DNA of 63,593 nt, filler included. It is 8 parts of 8 records of this genome, joined end to end, with 100 filler letters (N's around TTAATTAATTAA, not from the genome) between each part and the next. Parts side by side here need not be neighbours in the genome. Positions count along the whole stretch, not along the records: positions 33,499 to 39,468 come from SRR31156797_5984; positions 39,569 to 45,697 come from SRR31156797_5998; positions 45,798 to 58,207 come from SRR31156797_6031; 5 more parts are not named here. One strand, given 5' to 3'. Positions 37,646-48,535 of this stretch are shown in pieces (within the stretch, counting starts at the first letter, position 1; each line of letters begins with the position of its first letter). The notes beneath the pieces are model-generated. The model was not told where the DNA came from and did no database searches. It worked only from the letters and a program-made list of their open reading frames with translations. A program made the position numbers and the translations under genes.

Positions 37646-38995
37646 TTACCGCAAGGTTTCATCCAGGCGTTTTATAAGCAAACCCACCTGATGTTTCATG
37701 CTGCGGTCCGTCTTCATCTTTTTTTCCACCAGTTCAGTGGCATACACCACGGTGGAATGGCTGCGGTTGATGGTTTTACCGATGGTCTCCAGTGTCTCAT
37801 CGGAATATTTTCGACAAAGGTATGCATAGATGTTTCGTGGATATGCATACACTTTTTTTCGAGATCTGGAACTGAGCATATCAAGATCTACTTTGTAATA
37901 CTCGCACACCAATTTCCTTATTGTTTCAATGGTAATGGAATTATCTCCCGATACCAAAGCACTCACCACCTCTCTGGCCAGATCCATATCGATTCTTGCC
38001 CCCACCAGTTCAGACCTTGCTTTGAGGCACTTCAGTGCACTTTCCATCTGACGAACGTCACGTTTGAGCTGACCTGCCAGGAAATGAACCACATCCTTTG
38101 AAAGAAAAACGTCGTATCCCTTGGCTTTTTCCATCAATATCTGCACTCGGGTATGATAGTCAGGTCCTCCGATGGTGGTCACCAGACCCGATGTCAGACG
38201 GGAAGAAAGCTCCTTGGACATCTGTGGAATATCTTTTGGCGGTAGAGAACTGGTAAAGATGATTTTCTTGCGTTCCTGGGCCAATGCGTCCAGAGTATAC
38301 CCTAATTCCGTCTGTATTTTTTCCTTTCCGCCCAGGAAATGGACCTCCTCCAGAAGAAGCACATCACACGACCGGCGGTATCTGCTTTTAAATGCCTCAA
38401 TCCGTCGGGTCCGTAAAGATGCGATCATTTCGTTTGTGAAGTCCTCAGCAGTCATGTAAAACACACGTGATTGCGGGTTTGCGGCCAAAATGGTATGTCC
38501 GATGGCCTGAGAAAGATGGGTCTTTCCCAAACCGGTATTGGAGAGCATCAAGAGTGAATGATAATTACAGGGGTCGCCCAGGGCAATATTTTTAGAAGCC
38601 GAATAGGCAAATTCATTGGATTGCCCCACAATAAACCGATCAAAGGTAAACTGGCTGTTCAACAGAAAATTCCTGGACCGCTTTTTTTGGGGCATACCCG
38701 GAAGGGTCTGCTGATCCGGATGGGGCGGGAGGTTAGCGGGGGATGGTATTCTTTTCCGGCGCTGCACTTGAAACCGAACATCAACAGGATTGTCGGCAAT
38801 GGCGTTAAACTTCTCCCTAATCATATCCAGATAATTTTCCACAACCCAGTCTTTGGAAAATCGATTGGGACAACCTAAGACAACAGCGCCGTTTTTAGCT
38901 TCCAGACATACGATGGGCTTTATCCAAAGGGAAAAGGTATTATCTGGGACCCGCGTCTTAATTTGGTTTTTGATTTCACCCCAGGCGGTTTTCAT
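37646..38995 (-). CDS. dnaA: DnaA-family initiator, probably a second paralog
   Basis: All four domains: W..P, FTFD.F..G.SN..A, TGLGKTHL, SRL..GL, R.HSTV; Walker B reads LLLEEVH. Confidence 0.9.
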   Translation of the reverse strand: MKTAWGEIKNQIKTRVPDNTFSLWIKPIVCLEAKNGAVVLGCPNRFSKDWVVENYLDMIREKFNAIADNPVDVRFQVQRRKRIPSPANLPPHPDQQTLPGMPQKKRSRNFLLNSQFTFDRFIVGQSNEFAYSASKNIALGDPCNYHSLLMLSNTGLGKTHLSQAIGHTILAANPQSRVFYMTAEDFTNEMIASLRTRRIEAFKSRYRRSCDVLLLEEVHFLGGKEKIQTELGYTLDALAQERKKIIFTSSLPPKDIPQMSKELSSRLTSGLVTTIGGPDYHTRVQILMEKAKGYDVFLSKDVVHFLAGQLKRDVRQMESALKCLKARSELVGARIDMDLAREVVSALVSGDNSITIETIRKLVCEYYKVDLDMLSSRSRKKVYAYPRNIYAYLCRKYSDETLETIGKTINRSHSTVVYATELVEKKMKTDRSMKHQVGLLIKRLDETLR

Positions 38996-39468
38996 GATTT
39001 GCTCCCGGTAAAACGAAAAGAGAAGAAGTGAGACATGACGGCGAAAAACGAATGTTGAATATCTACAGCAAAACCAAAGGGGCTGTCAAAGAGGCTTTGG
39101 CCTAATCAATATTTAAAGGTAAGGCGCTTTTCGACATTGGCTAACCTATTCCGTTTACAGTAAAAACATGATCCTTGTTTCTAAGGTGCTGAGAAAGCGA
39201 AGCATTTTTTTTACAAAAAATAGGCATAATATCAAATGTTTGACTGCAATACACTATTTGTGTAAAAAAATTTCCACAATCTTTATCTCTCGTTTAATCC
39301 AATTTTCTTTATTTTTTTACCAATTACATTTTTTTTGTTTGGTTTTTTCGAAAGGCGGCGTTTGCCCAAACCCCATCGGCTTTTGGCATTTTTCCCCGAA
39401 AGGAAGAAATACAGAAATGAAATTTTGTAACCGTTCACAGGGTGCAGGGGACAGTTGTCAGGGGGCAG

Positions 39469-39568
39469 NNNNNNNNNNNNNNNNNNNNNNNNNNNNNNNN
39501 NNNNNNNNNNNNTTAATTAATTAANNNNNNNNNNNNNNNNNNNNNNNNNNNNNNNNNNNNNNNNNNNN
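39469..39568. other. Artificial contig linker
   Basis: N-run with TTAATTAATTAA. Confidence 0.98.
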
Positions 39569-39569
39569 A

Positions 39570-39980
39570 GAATCGTTGGATGTTACTATGGAAGCTGGTG
39601 CAAAAATGCAGGAAATGTTACCTAATTTCGAAAAAACTATATCTCTGGTACATGAAATTTCTGCAGCCAGTGAGGAACAACGTACTGGATCTGACCAGGT
39701 TAATAGTGCAATTCAGCAACTAAGTCAAGTAACGCAACAAAACGCTGCTGCATCAGAAGAGTTAGCTACAAGTGCTGAAGAGCTCAACAGCCAGGCAGAA
39801 AACATGAAAGATGTTGTAAGCTTCTTTAAAGTACAGAATGATAAAAAGCTAAAGAAAGATAGAAAACAACAAAAGGCAAAACCAGCAATAGAACCTAAAA
39901 AACCAACTATTGAACCAGGAAAAGGTTTTAACCTAAATATGGATGATACATCAAGTGATGATGAATTCCAATCGTTTTAA
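39570..39980 (+). CDS. Methyl-accepting chemotaxis protein C-terminus, truncated
   Basis: EISAASEEQ..G..QVN.AI.QL..VTQQNAAASEE; C-terminal pentapeptide EFQSF. Confidence 0.9.
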   Translation, partial: ESLDVTMEAGAKMQEMLPNFEKTISLVHEISAASEEQRTGSDQVNSAIQQLSQVTQQNAAASEELATSAEELNSQAENMKDVVSFFKVQNDKKLKKDRKQQKAKPAIEPKKPTIEPGKGFNLNMDDTSSDDEFQSF

Positions 39981-39997
39981 TCTGATTTAGTTTAGCA

Positions 39998-40026
39998 AAG
40001 CAACCGGCAATTGTCGGTTGCTTTTT
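39998..40026 (+). terminator. Rho-independent terminator
   Basis: AAGCAACCGGC-AATT-GTCGGTTGCTTTTT. Confidence 0.7.
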
Positions 40027-40056
40027 AAGTGTATCAATACTCTTATTCAAAAAATA

Positions 40057-41178
40057 ATGACCCGTCTTCCAAAAATACTCTACGTTGATGATGATGCTGA
40101 AAATCTCATTGGTTTCGAAACAAGTCTTGCAAACGATTATGATATTGTTACTACGACAAATACATCTGAGGTAAATCATCTCATCAATGAAAATAACATT
40201 GAAGTAATAGTACTAGATTACAAAATGCCAGAAATAAGCGGTATTGAACTTGCCGATCAACTATTTGAAGATAATCCTGACATAGCCTACATTATTACAT
40301 CAGCATATGCAGACCTGGAACTTGTTGTGGAAGCAATTAATCATCATAAAATTTTTGGGTTTGTACCAAAACCCTGGAATTTTGGTGAATTAAGACTTCT
40401 ATTAAACAACGCTATAAAATATGCCAACACCCAAAAAGAGAATAAAAGTTTATTGCATACGCTGAAAATAAAAAACGAGCTGCTTGAAAAAGCTATAATA
40501 AACGAGAAGAATGCCAGTGAATTAAAAACCAACTTTTTGAAAAACATTTCACATGAAATAAGGACACCTTTAAATGCCATCATTGGGTTTAATCAGTTGG
40601 CATTATTAAATTCAACAAATGAACAAACAAAAAACTCTCTTAATCACTCATTAAACGGATGTTATGACTTGCTCCAAATCATTACTAATATTGTTACAGC
40701 ATCTAAATTAATCTCAAAGCAGGTTAATTATTTTTTACGGAATATCAACCTATATGAACTCATTGATAAAATTATATCATCCAATAACAAAGTGGCAGAA
40801 TATTTAAAAGTCCAAAATGATATTCCTAAGGATTTAACCCTTAATTCAGATCCCAATGCGCTCTTAGAGGTTGTTGAATGCATAGTTGACAATTCCATTA
40901 AGTTTGCAAAAAACAGTAGGCTTAAAATCTTTCACACCATCTCACACAATACAGTAGAAATACATTTTAAAGATAGTGGTCCGGGAATAAGTGAAAACTC
41001 TCTTGCTTATATTTTCGAACCATTCAGACAAGAAGATGAAACAGATGTACGAAAATTTGGGGGAACCGGCTTAGGTTTATTTATAGTCAAAAAACACATT
41101 GAAAACCTTAAAGGAAAAGTAAATGTAATATCCAAAAAAGGTGAAGGTGCTGAATTCATTGTTTCCCTACCTCAATAA
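40057..41178 (+). CDS. Hybrid REC-histidine kinase
   Basis: N-terminal receiver (YVDD, D.KMP, KPW), SHEIRTPLN, GGTGLGL. Confidence 0.9.
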   Translation: MTRLPKILYVDDDAENLIGFETSLANDYDIVTTTNTSEVNHLINENNIEVIVLDYKMPEISGIELADQLFEDNPDIAYIITSAYADLELVVEAINHHKIFGFVPKPWNFGELRLLLNNAIKYANTQKENKSLLHTLKIKNELLEKAIINEKNASELKTNFLKNISHEIRTPLNAIIGFNQLALLNSTNEQTKNSLNHSLNGCYDLLQIITNIVTASKLISKQVNYFLRNINLYELIDKIISSNNKVAEYLKVQNDIPKDLTLNSDPNALLEVVECIVDNSIKFAKNSRLKIFHTISHNTVEIHFKDSGPGISENSLAYIFEPFRQEDETDVRKFGGTGLGLFIVKKHIENLKGKVNVISKKGEGAEFIVSLPQ

Positions 41179-41186
41179 ACAGTTTC

Positions 41187-41561
41187 TTAAATAGCAGTTA
41201 TGATCATATTTTCAATCTGATCCACATCAAAGGGTTTTTGAATATACATTTTCACCAAACCACTTGATATTGCTGTTCTTATTTCATTTGAAATATCATA
41301 ACCCGTAAGCATAAAAAAGATTAGAAATGAATATTTTTTATGGGCTTCCTTAATAAACTCCAATCCATTCATATCAGGCATCTTCATATCACTTATTACA
41401 ACCTTTAAATTTCGATTTTCATCAAGAATTTTGAGGGCTTCTGGCCCTGATTTAGCTGTAACAACATCGAATTTATCATAAAACAGGTTCTCAAATAAGA
41501 ACAAGTTATTTTCTTCATCATCTACATACAATACCTGTATTTTATTATTCATATCAATCAC
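41187..41561 (-). CDS. Single-domain response regulator
   Basis: VLYVDDE, SDMKMP, LTG, KPF. Confidence 0.9.
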   Translation of the reverse strand: MIDMNNKIQVLYVDDEENNLFLFENLFYDKFDVVTAKSGPEALKILDENRNLKVVISDMKMPDMNGLEFIKEAHKKYSFLIFFMLTGYDISNEIRTAISSGLVKMYIQKPFDVDQIENMIITAI

Positions 41562-41743
41562 ATACTTATTTCATGTAAAGGTATAAAAAGTAAATCAATG
41601 ACAATTGTTATTGAAGCATCATTATTCACTCATCCTGCAAATAATGAATGTACTCCCTTTTCTAATACTAATAATTATACATCAGATTGTAAAAAAGGAG
41701 GATCAACACATTTTCAATCACTTATATTTCAAACTCAACCTTA

Positions 41744-42898
41744 TTAATCCAAAGCTTTGGCTAACTGGGAAAAAACCATCTCGAAGCTTTGATCAACCAG
41801 TTTGGACTTTTCATTTGTGAAAGTAGGGAATGGGGTTTCATGAGTATAATGATATGGAAAATCAATCAATTGAAAGTTGAAGTTCGCACTTTTTCTTGTT
41901 TTTAATGTTTGCAAAATCTCTTTTGCAGGAATCACTTTGTCCTTCTGAAGACCAATCACAAACATGCGGTTTGATAAACTTGCAAATCTTCGTTCTTTCA
42001 ACTTCACAAACCTAGGCAAAGGAATCATAGCTTTAAATGCCTGCACCACAGCACTCAACTGTAAAGACAAATAATTCTTCTTGTCCGATACTACATTGTG
42101 AGCAAATTGATTGAGATAATAACTCGCCAATTGCTGAGAAGCATAGCTATCTAGTATCCTCTTGGATACACCATTCATATAATTAAATGTGGTTCCCCCA
42201 CAGAAAATAGCCACTTTCGAATCACTAAACATACCATTTGGATTGGCCATGAAAAGAATTTGCGTTAAAAATGCACCAATGGAATAACCCATGAAATTAA
42301 TATGTGTATTTTGTTGAAATAAAGGATGATGGCCATTTTTGATACTTTTTATCAAAGCCATTAAATCATGTGCACTTTGTAATCCTGACCTGTAAAAGCG
42401 TAATGGATCTTCAGTCAAACGTTGACTCAATGCCACATTGATAAATGAAAGATGATCGGTACCTTGAATGCCACTCTTTCTTATTTGCACCAGAGAACTC
42501 ATTTTACGGGCATCACTCCACTCCGCTTTACCGCGGTTCATATGAAATGCCAATGGAAATAGAATCACGCTACGTCCTGTTTTAACAGATAAATATTTAG
42601 CCCAGGCCAGGTACTTTTCCCAATTGCGCTCATTCAAACCATGTAGCAACACAATAGCCCTGTTATTCTTATTTGCAGATGGCGTAAAAACAGGATATCT
42701 AAAGCGCCAATTTTCGGCAATTTTTAAATCATCACCAAAATAATTCATCCCATCATAACCAATTTGATGCTGATCCAAACTGAAACTTGAAATAAAATCA
42801 ATATTGCGTATACTAAAATCAGAATTCGGAATACGAATGCTTTCTCTATCCAAAGAGAAAAGACTATTGAGCTGCTGGTGTTCAAAGGTATAGTTCAT
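41744..42898 (-). CDS. DUF6051-like alpha/beta hydrolase-fold protein
   Basis: LLHGLNE..W.KY..W, FP.AFHMNR, GYSIG, YTHE.PFP. Confidence 0.75.
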   Translation of the reverse strand: MNYTFEHQQLNSLFSLDRESIRIPNSDFSIRNIDFISSFSLDQHQIGYDGMNYFGDDLKIAENWRFRYPVFTPSANKNNRAIVLLHGLNERNWEKYLAWAKYLSVKTGRSVILFPLAFHMNRGKAEWSDARKMSSLVQIRKSGIQGTDHLSFINVALSQRLTEDPLRFYRSGLQSAHDLMALIKSIKNGHHPLFQQNTHINFMGYSIGAFLTQILFMANPNGMFSDSKVAIFCGGTTFNYMNGVSKRILDSYASQQLASYYLNQFAHNVVSDKKNYLSLQLSAVVQAFKAMIPLPRFVKLKERRFASLSNRMFVIGLQKDKVIPAKEILQTLKTRKSANFNFQLIDFPYHYTHETPFPTFTNEKSKLVDQSFEMVFSQLAKALD

Positions 42899-43095
42899 AT
42901 TATATTAAACTTTGATGTAAATTTAGAGTCAGAAAAATGCATGCGCAAAAGATTGGGATTACCGTAAAATAACTGGGACTATTTTCGTGAATACGGGGTG
43001 AAATTGATTATTGAGGGGTTAAATTTAAATCTCCGAATCCATTATGAGTATTGTATTGTCGTTATTTATCCATAATTTTAAACAAAATATAGATT

Positions 43096-43950
43096 ATGCT
43101 GGCCTGGGAAAATAAAATACCTGATTTTTTAACTGAAAGACGAAATATTATCATTCGTATTCTCTTTACGGCTGCATTTGCGTTAGTATTCATTAATATT
43201 TATGCTCCACTGGGTGTCAATACATGGTTTAATATATCACAACTGGAACTATTTTTATATTCCAGTGCTTTAATCCTAACCGGCATTCTCGTAATGGTGA
43301 TAAGTCGAATCATAATGTTCCGTGTAAGCAAAAAACATAAACTTAGTTATTTGCAATACGGAAGCTGGGAATTGATGGAACTGATGATTATGGCGTTGGT
43401 GTATACATTACTCAAAATCTTCTTTTTACATGAAGCCACCAATATTATAGACGATTATATCAAATCACTAGAAATCACTGTCATGGTGGTACTTATACCC
43501 TACATCATTCTGATGCTTTATTTTTCGTGGTATGACAAGGTGAAAAAACTGGAAAAATTTGCTCAAAAGCAACCGGAGCAAAGTGTAAAACATAGCAAAT
43601 TACTTCCTTTTTACGATGAAAAAAATGTGATGCGTTTCTCCATGCAACCTTCAGACATTTTATATCTGGAAGCCGCGGATAATTACGTAACGATTTATTA
43701 CTTCAGCAAACAGAAGGTTGAACATTACCTTCTGCGCAACAGCCTGAAAAAACTTGAAAATTACCTTACTGAGTACGACTTTATACGCTGCCACCGGTCA
43801 TTTATAGTAAATTTCGATAAGGTAAAACTTATCCGCAAAGATAAAGACAGTTTGAAACTTGAACTGGACGCTCCAACTGAAGTAGTGATACCCGTTTCGA
43901 AAACTTATACTCAAGGTGTACTGGATGAATTTGTGAAGGCAGGGAATTAA
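43096..43950 (+). CDS. Membrane-anchored LytTR regulator
   Basis: Four TMs plus LYLEAADNYV...RCHRSFIVN...PVS.TY. Confidence 0.88.
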   Translation: MLAWENKIPDFLTERRNIIIRILFTAAFALVFINIYAPLGVNTWFNISQLELFLYSSALILTGILVMVISRIIMFRVSKKHKLSYLQYGSWELMELMIMALVYTLLKIFFLHEATNIIDDYIKSLEITVMVVLIPYIILMLYFSWYDKVKKLEKFAQKQPEQSVKHSKLLPFYDEKNVMRFSMQPSDILYLEAADNYVTIYYFSKQKVEHYLLRNSLKKLENYLTEYDFIRCHRSFIVNFDKVKLIRKDKDSLKLELDAPTEVVIPVSKTYTQGVLDEFVKAGN

Positions 43951-43955
43951 TATAG

Positions 43956-44639
43956 CTATCTATATTCGGTATTCATTAACCATTTCAAAATCATATCATC
44001 CGTCAATAGTCGCCCTATTATACGATATTTGGAATGTTTCAACGGATTATATGAGTTAATTTTTTGCGACATCACTCCTTTGTCGGGCTCATAGTAGTTG
44101 GCATGTATAAATCGTGTAGAATCTTCATTCTTGAGAATAAAACCGACATGATTGTCTAATCCAACTAAAAACAATCCATTCTCAACAGTGGCTAAATAGT
44201 TTTCAATATCCTGTATAGGTTTATTTATGAATCTCTTATGGTCATTTGGTGCCAATTTCAATATTACAGTTTCTGATGCAATTTGAGCCCACTTTATTCG
44301 AGGTATGTTAAAACCTACATCAGTCAGTATATTTGTCACAAAGTATCCACAAGCAATTTGTCCTTTCTGAGGAATTTTTGTATGACCTTCAAAATCCCAT
44401 GGTGTGCCATACCACAGTAGAAAAAGATCGTTAGATATTTTGTTAATTAGAAAAGATCTTGAGAGATCAATAATTGAATCTTTTTGCTCCTCAATGCATT
44501 CCAGATAGTTATCCAATAAGCTATCTCGTTTTGAGATAATATTATCCTTGAGTGCTTCATAATTATAAGTACCACTCTGAGCAAACAGATTTGAGCATAA
44601 AACTATCAAACAAAAAGCTAGAAAACTTTTCTTTATCAT
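43956..44639 (-). CDS. Secreted protein with a probable NlpC/P60-like Cys-His site
   Basis: Signal peptide; WYGTPWDF.G...IACGYFV...HVGF...FIHA. Confidence 0.6.
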   Translation of the reverse strand: MIKKSFLAFCLIVLCSNLFAQSGTYNYEALKDNIISKRDSLLDNYLECIEEQKDSIIDLSRSFLINKISNDLFLLWYGTPWDFEGHTKIPQKGQIACGYFVTNILTDVGFNIPRIKWAQIASETVILKLAPNDHKRFINKPIQDIENYLATVENGLFLVGLDNHVGFILKNEDSTRFIHANYYEPDKGVMSQKINSYNPLKHSKYRIIGRLLTDDMILKWLMNTEYR

Positions 44640-44645
44640 TGGAAT

Positions 44646-45017
44646 CTATTTCTTTTCCTCTCTTAAAATCTTCTCCATTTTACGGCCTTTGGATAATTCA
44701 TCTACCAGCTTATCCAAATACCTAATATTTCTTGTTAGCTCAAAGTCTATTTCTTCAATTCGATAACCACAAATCACTCCCTGAATAAGGTGAGCATTTG
44801 GGTGTAATTGGGCTTGTTGAAAAAATGCTTCAAATGTTACATTCTCCTTAATTAGTGTATCTATTTTACTATCATCAAAGCCTGTTAACCATTCAATTAC
44901 CTGATGAAGTTCCGCTTTTGTTCTCCCTTTCTTTTCTATTTTCGCAACGTAGTGCGGATACACAGAGGCAAATGTCATTTTTGCTATTTTCTCATTTTTT
45001 TCTGCGGTAACTTTCAT
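44646..45017 (-). CDS. DUF2200 family protein
   Basis: FASVYPHYV.K.EKKGRTK.EL..VI.WLTG...RYLDKLVDEL.KG. Confidence 0.88.
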   Translation of the reverse strand: MKVTAEKNEKIAKMTFASVYPHYVAKIEKKGRTKAELHQVIEWLTGFDDSKIDTLIKENVTFEAFFQQAQLHPNAHLIQGVICGYRIEEIDFELTRNIRYLDKLVDELSKGRKMEKILREEKK

Positions 45018-45165
45018 AATTATTCTTTAAAATCAAGTAAATCATGGCACTTTAAAGTGTGTATTAATTAAACGTATAACACAAAAAAACGAAGAGTGTT
45101 TTTTTAGTTTATGAAAATCAACGACTTGCAGCGATATTAATTATTCTTATTATGTATTTAGGGTC

Positions 45166-45645
45166 TTAACTAAGCAATTCTTGTATAGTATCAGTTGGAA
45201 CACCAGTTTTATCGGCCACTTGAGCAATCGATAATCCTTGATTTTTAAGATTTCTAATGAACACTTCTAATGGTTCTCCAACTTCAATTAGGTGATTATC
45301 AGGGTCAAAAAAGCGTATAGTTCTTTGTCCCCAGGGCTCTTCATGAATAGGATGCAAAAATTCTACTTTTTCAAGAATCAATTCGTTATATGTATCATCC
45401 AACAATTCCGATTCAAAATATAGTTCAAAATTATTTGACTTAGTCTTTATATCTAACTGTTGGTTAATAATATGTTCCGGCCTGATTTCCCAAATGGTTA
45501 AACCACTTTTGAAAGATACATTCTTTCCAAAATCATGTTCAATTTCTTGCTTTAACAAACGTGTATAAAAATCTTTTGATTTTTCAATATCACATACAAA
45601 AATTACAGAGGAGTAAAAGTTCATGGTTACTGATTTTATTTCCAA
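45166..45645 (-). CDS. VOC/glyoxalase family protein
   Basis: V.DIEKSK.FY, ELYFE, EEPWGQR..RF.DPD.HLIEVGE. Confidence 0.88.
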   Translation of the reverse strand: MEIKSVTMNFYSSVIFVCDIEKSKDFYTRLLKQEIEHDFGKNVSFKSGLTIWEIRPEHIINQQLDIKTKSNNFELYFESELLDDTYNELILEKVEFLHPIHEEPWGQRTIRFFDPDNHLIEVGEPLEVFIRNLKNQGLSIAQVADKTGVPTDTIQELLS

Positions 45646-45697
45646 AATTATTACAACTCGAAAATCAAAAAAGAGGCTGTCTCAAAAGTAAGAACGA

Positions 45698-45797
45698 NNN
45701 NNNNNNNNNNNNNNNNNNNNNNNNNNNNNNNNNNNNNNNNNTTAATTAATTAANNNNNNNNNNNNNNNNNNNNNNNNNNNNNNNNNNNNNNNNNNNN
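45698..45797. other. Artificial contig linker
   Basis: N-run with TTAATTAATTAA. Confidence 0.98.
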
Positions 45798-45875
45798 GAC
45801 GAAGACTTTGATGACGAGGACTTTGATGATGAAGATATGAATGATGAGGATTTCGATGACGGAGACATGGAATAG
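45798..45875 (+). CDS. Acidic C-terminal tail of a truncated gene
   Basis: DEDFDDEDFDDEDMNDEDFDDGDME then stop, followed by a terminator. Confidence 0.55.
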   Translation, partial: DEDFDDEDFDDEDMNDEDFDDGDME

Positions 45876-45902
45876 TAGTATAATTAGAATAAATTAATTT
45901 CG

Positions 45903-45938
45903 AATCGCTGAGACTGTAATGGTCTCAGCGATTTTTTT
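45903..45938 (+). terminator. Rho-independent terminator
   Basis: AATCGCTGAGAC...GTCTCAGCGATT plus T-tract. Confidence 0.8.
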
Positions 45939-46007
45939 ATGAGAAGGTATAAACTTGAACTTTTAAAAAATTCTGATTTATTTTTTATTGATACCTGAGG
46001 CTTTTTT

Positions 46008-48194
46008 TTACTTTGATTCAAATGCACCAATATCTATGTTTTCATCTCTAATATTTTCATCAAAATCAAATATATTGGAAATACTACTATCACCTGCATC
46101 TATCGCAGAAGAATTTGATAATAATCTAAAATCCCTTCTTAGTGGATTTGAATTATTTGGATCAACAAAACTATTTATTTCGGCTAACATATTATTATTC
46201 GCGGTAAGGTCAGAACTCGAATTCGAGATAATAACTGTTGGAACAGTTGAACCAAGAAATGAAACAAGGTTATTTGCCACCACACACTCACTTGCATCAT
46301 TTGAAATATCTATTCCTACGAGACTATTACCAGAAGTATTATTTGGTTTGTAGATAGTATTATTATATATTTTTACAGCTACAGGAGCTGGTTCAATCCC
46401 TCTTCTATCGACACTAATTCCTATGAAACTTGAATTTGCTCCAGTTCCATCAATTATATTATTTCTTATACTCATGTATCTGGCCCATATCTTTATGGAC
46501 GTACTGATACGAAAAGAGTTTTGTAATCCATAATCAGCAATAACTTTATTTCTCTCAAAAATTATATTTTGAACTGTTTCGTCCAGTTCCATATTAGTAG
46601 GTCCCATGGCTACCGGCCAAGGTCCGGAACTTCCAAAAATATTGTCTGAAATAGTTGAATATTCTGTAGTGTGCTCAAGAGTAATTGAATTTCTGCTAGG
46701 AATACCTCTATCTTGTGAGCGTACTCCATGTAGTTTTAATGCATGTCGGCCATCATTACTATTCAGACTTGATCCTGAAAAAATATTATGCGATATGACT
46801 CCTTTATATGCTTGCCATACTCTAACGACATGTGACAGATTAGAATTTTTTACTATATTTCCAAGCAAAGCTAATCTTTCTCCACCTGTATACATTCCAA
46901 TACCATTTGCATCAGACACCTCACATTCGGCAACAACCATTTGATCGATTGTCAAAGGTGTATTGCTATTATTCCAATGTGACCACCCCAAAGTTACATG
47001 TCCTCCTTTCAATGATAATCGTAGAAATAATATTCTCTGCATATCAGAATAACCATCAGTCACCCCTCCGGTTTCTCCGCTTTTGATAATCTCAAGATCC
47101 ATAATTCTCCAATCTTGCTTTCCTGATAAAAGTAAAAACCATCCTTTTTCATCAGTTATATTAATTAGAGGTTTTGCTCCGGAACCATAAGCTCCTAAAG
47201 TTACAGGACCGGAATTATTTGGGAAATTCAAAGTATCTATTATCCACGATGAACCTCTTCTGAAAAGAATTCTTTTTCCTTTAGTAGCATACGGAGTGAT
47301 CGTAGATAAATCATTTGTCACAATATTTATCGAACCGGAAGGAGCTCCGGAAAAATCATCAGTATCTGCAACACAAATAGTATTTTCACCTGCATAAAAA
47401 ACATCAGGGTCGATTACTTCTATATTAAATCTTTTTCTTGCAACAATGCTCCCTTTATCTTTTTTAGTTAAAATTACGGAATAATTTCCGGGATTCTCAA
47501 AAATATGAACAGTAACAGGACCTATTGCTGTATTCTTTGATTTCCCGTTAGTTTCCCAAGTACCGCTATCCATATCTCCAAAATCCCAAACATACTCGTA
47601 GTCATGAAAATTCTCATTAAAACCTTCACCATCAAAATTTTCAGCTTGAAAATGTACACTCAAAGGTGCTACTCCATATGTTCTACTTACCAGATCCGAT
47701 GAACTTCCATCTTCTATGATTACTTCCTCTTCTATCTGGCTTCCATCTGGATGCATCTCTGATGCAGTTTGGATATCATATATAGTCGAGGCTAAAGGAA
47801 ATAATTCTATAGCATCTATACATTTTGAATCATTATTAAAATCAGCAGTTTCGGTATATTCACCATATGCAATGGCGTTGTTATTATACACAATAAAGCT
47901 ATTATCTACATCTTGGTCAATGATAGCTTGTATTTCATTTAAGCTATTCGTCATATTTCTTAAAAATGAAATACTGTAAAATGAAGTTTTTCCTGGTCTC
48001 TTTAAGTATATTCCGTCAAAAATACTTTCTGCGACATAATTAGGTTCACTAGTTAATGCAGTTAAATCACTAATAACATAACTTAGTTTTATTTCCTTAT
48101 TGTTTTGACTATCACTTTGAACATCACCCTTTTCAATACACCCACTTAATACAATTATTAAAATCAAATTTAAAATTACTATAATTTTTTTCAT
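46008..48194 (-). CDS. Lipoprotein with PKD domain and right-handed beta-helix
   Basis: Lipobox LSGC; APLSVHF...WDFGD...H.F..PG.Y PKD; I.NN.I repeats; C-terminal DFRL...S.AIDAG...DIGAFE. Confidence 0.8.
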   Translation of the reverse strand: MKKIIVILNLILIIVLSGCIEKGDVQSDSQNNKEIKLSYVISDLTALTSEPNYVAESIFDGIYLKRPGKTSFYSISFLRNMTNSLNEIQAIIDQDVDNSFIVYNNNAIAYGEYTETADFNNDSKCIDAIELFPLASTIYDIQTASEMHPDGSQIEEEVIIEDGSSSDLVSRTYGVAPLSVHFQAENFDGEGFNENFHDYEYVWDFGDMDSGTWETNGKSKNTAIGPVTVHIFENPGNYSVILTKKDKGSIVARKRFNIEVIDPDVFYAGENTICVADTDDFSGAPSGSINIVTNDLSTITPYATKGKRILFRRGSSWIIDTLNFPNNSGPVTLGAYGSGAKPLINITDEKGWFLLLSGKQDWRIMDLEIIKSGETGGVTDGYSDMQRILFLRLSLKGGHVTLGWSHWNNSNTPLTIDQMVVAECEVSDANGIGMYTGGERLALLGNIVKNSNLSHVVRVWQAYKGVISHNIFSGSSLNSNDGRHALKLHGVRSQDRGIPSRNSITLEHTTEYSTISDNIFGSSGPWPVAMGPTNMELDETVQNIIFERNKVIADYGLQNSFRISTSIKIWARYMSIRNNIIDGTGANSSFIGISVDRRGIEPAPVAVKIYNNTIYKPNNTSGNSLVGIDISNDASECVVANNLVSFLGSTVPTVIISNSSSDLTANNNMLAEINSFVDPNNSNPLRRDFRLLSNSSAIDAGDSSISNIFDFDENIRDENIDIGAFESK

Positions 48195-48535
48195 CTAATT
48201 CTATTCTCCTTTTATCGTTTTTTGAAACAGTAAAACTAAAATTTATTTAGTTGAGCTCTCTAAATATTTACGATAATATTTTACCTACAAGTTCTAGTGT
48301 TTTTTAACCTACTAAAGTAGTTTTTTTGAGATTTATTAATATTGATTGTATATGTAACTTAGGAAGCAAGCAAAAATTATGAAAAGTTTAGATTGGGATT
48401 AGCTTTGCAGGAAAAAGAATTAGGTTTATAACTTTTGTAGGAGAATAATTTTTTTGTTTTAAAAAATGTAAATTTGTAGTATGCTGTTTATAATGAATAA
48501 TTTCGACTCGAAAAAAAATAAAGTGAGGTATAAAT

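Noticed and set aside
38996-39468. oriC upstream of dnaA
   Set aside because: AT-rich, but only degenerate DnaA-box-like sequences and no dnaN/rpmH context
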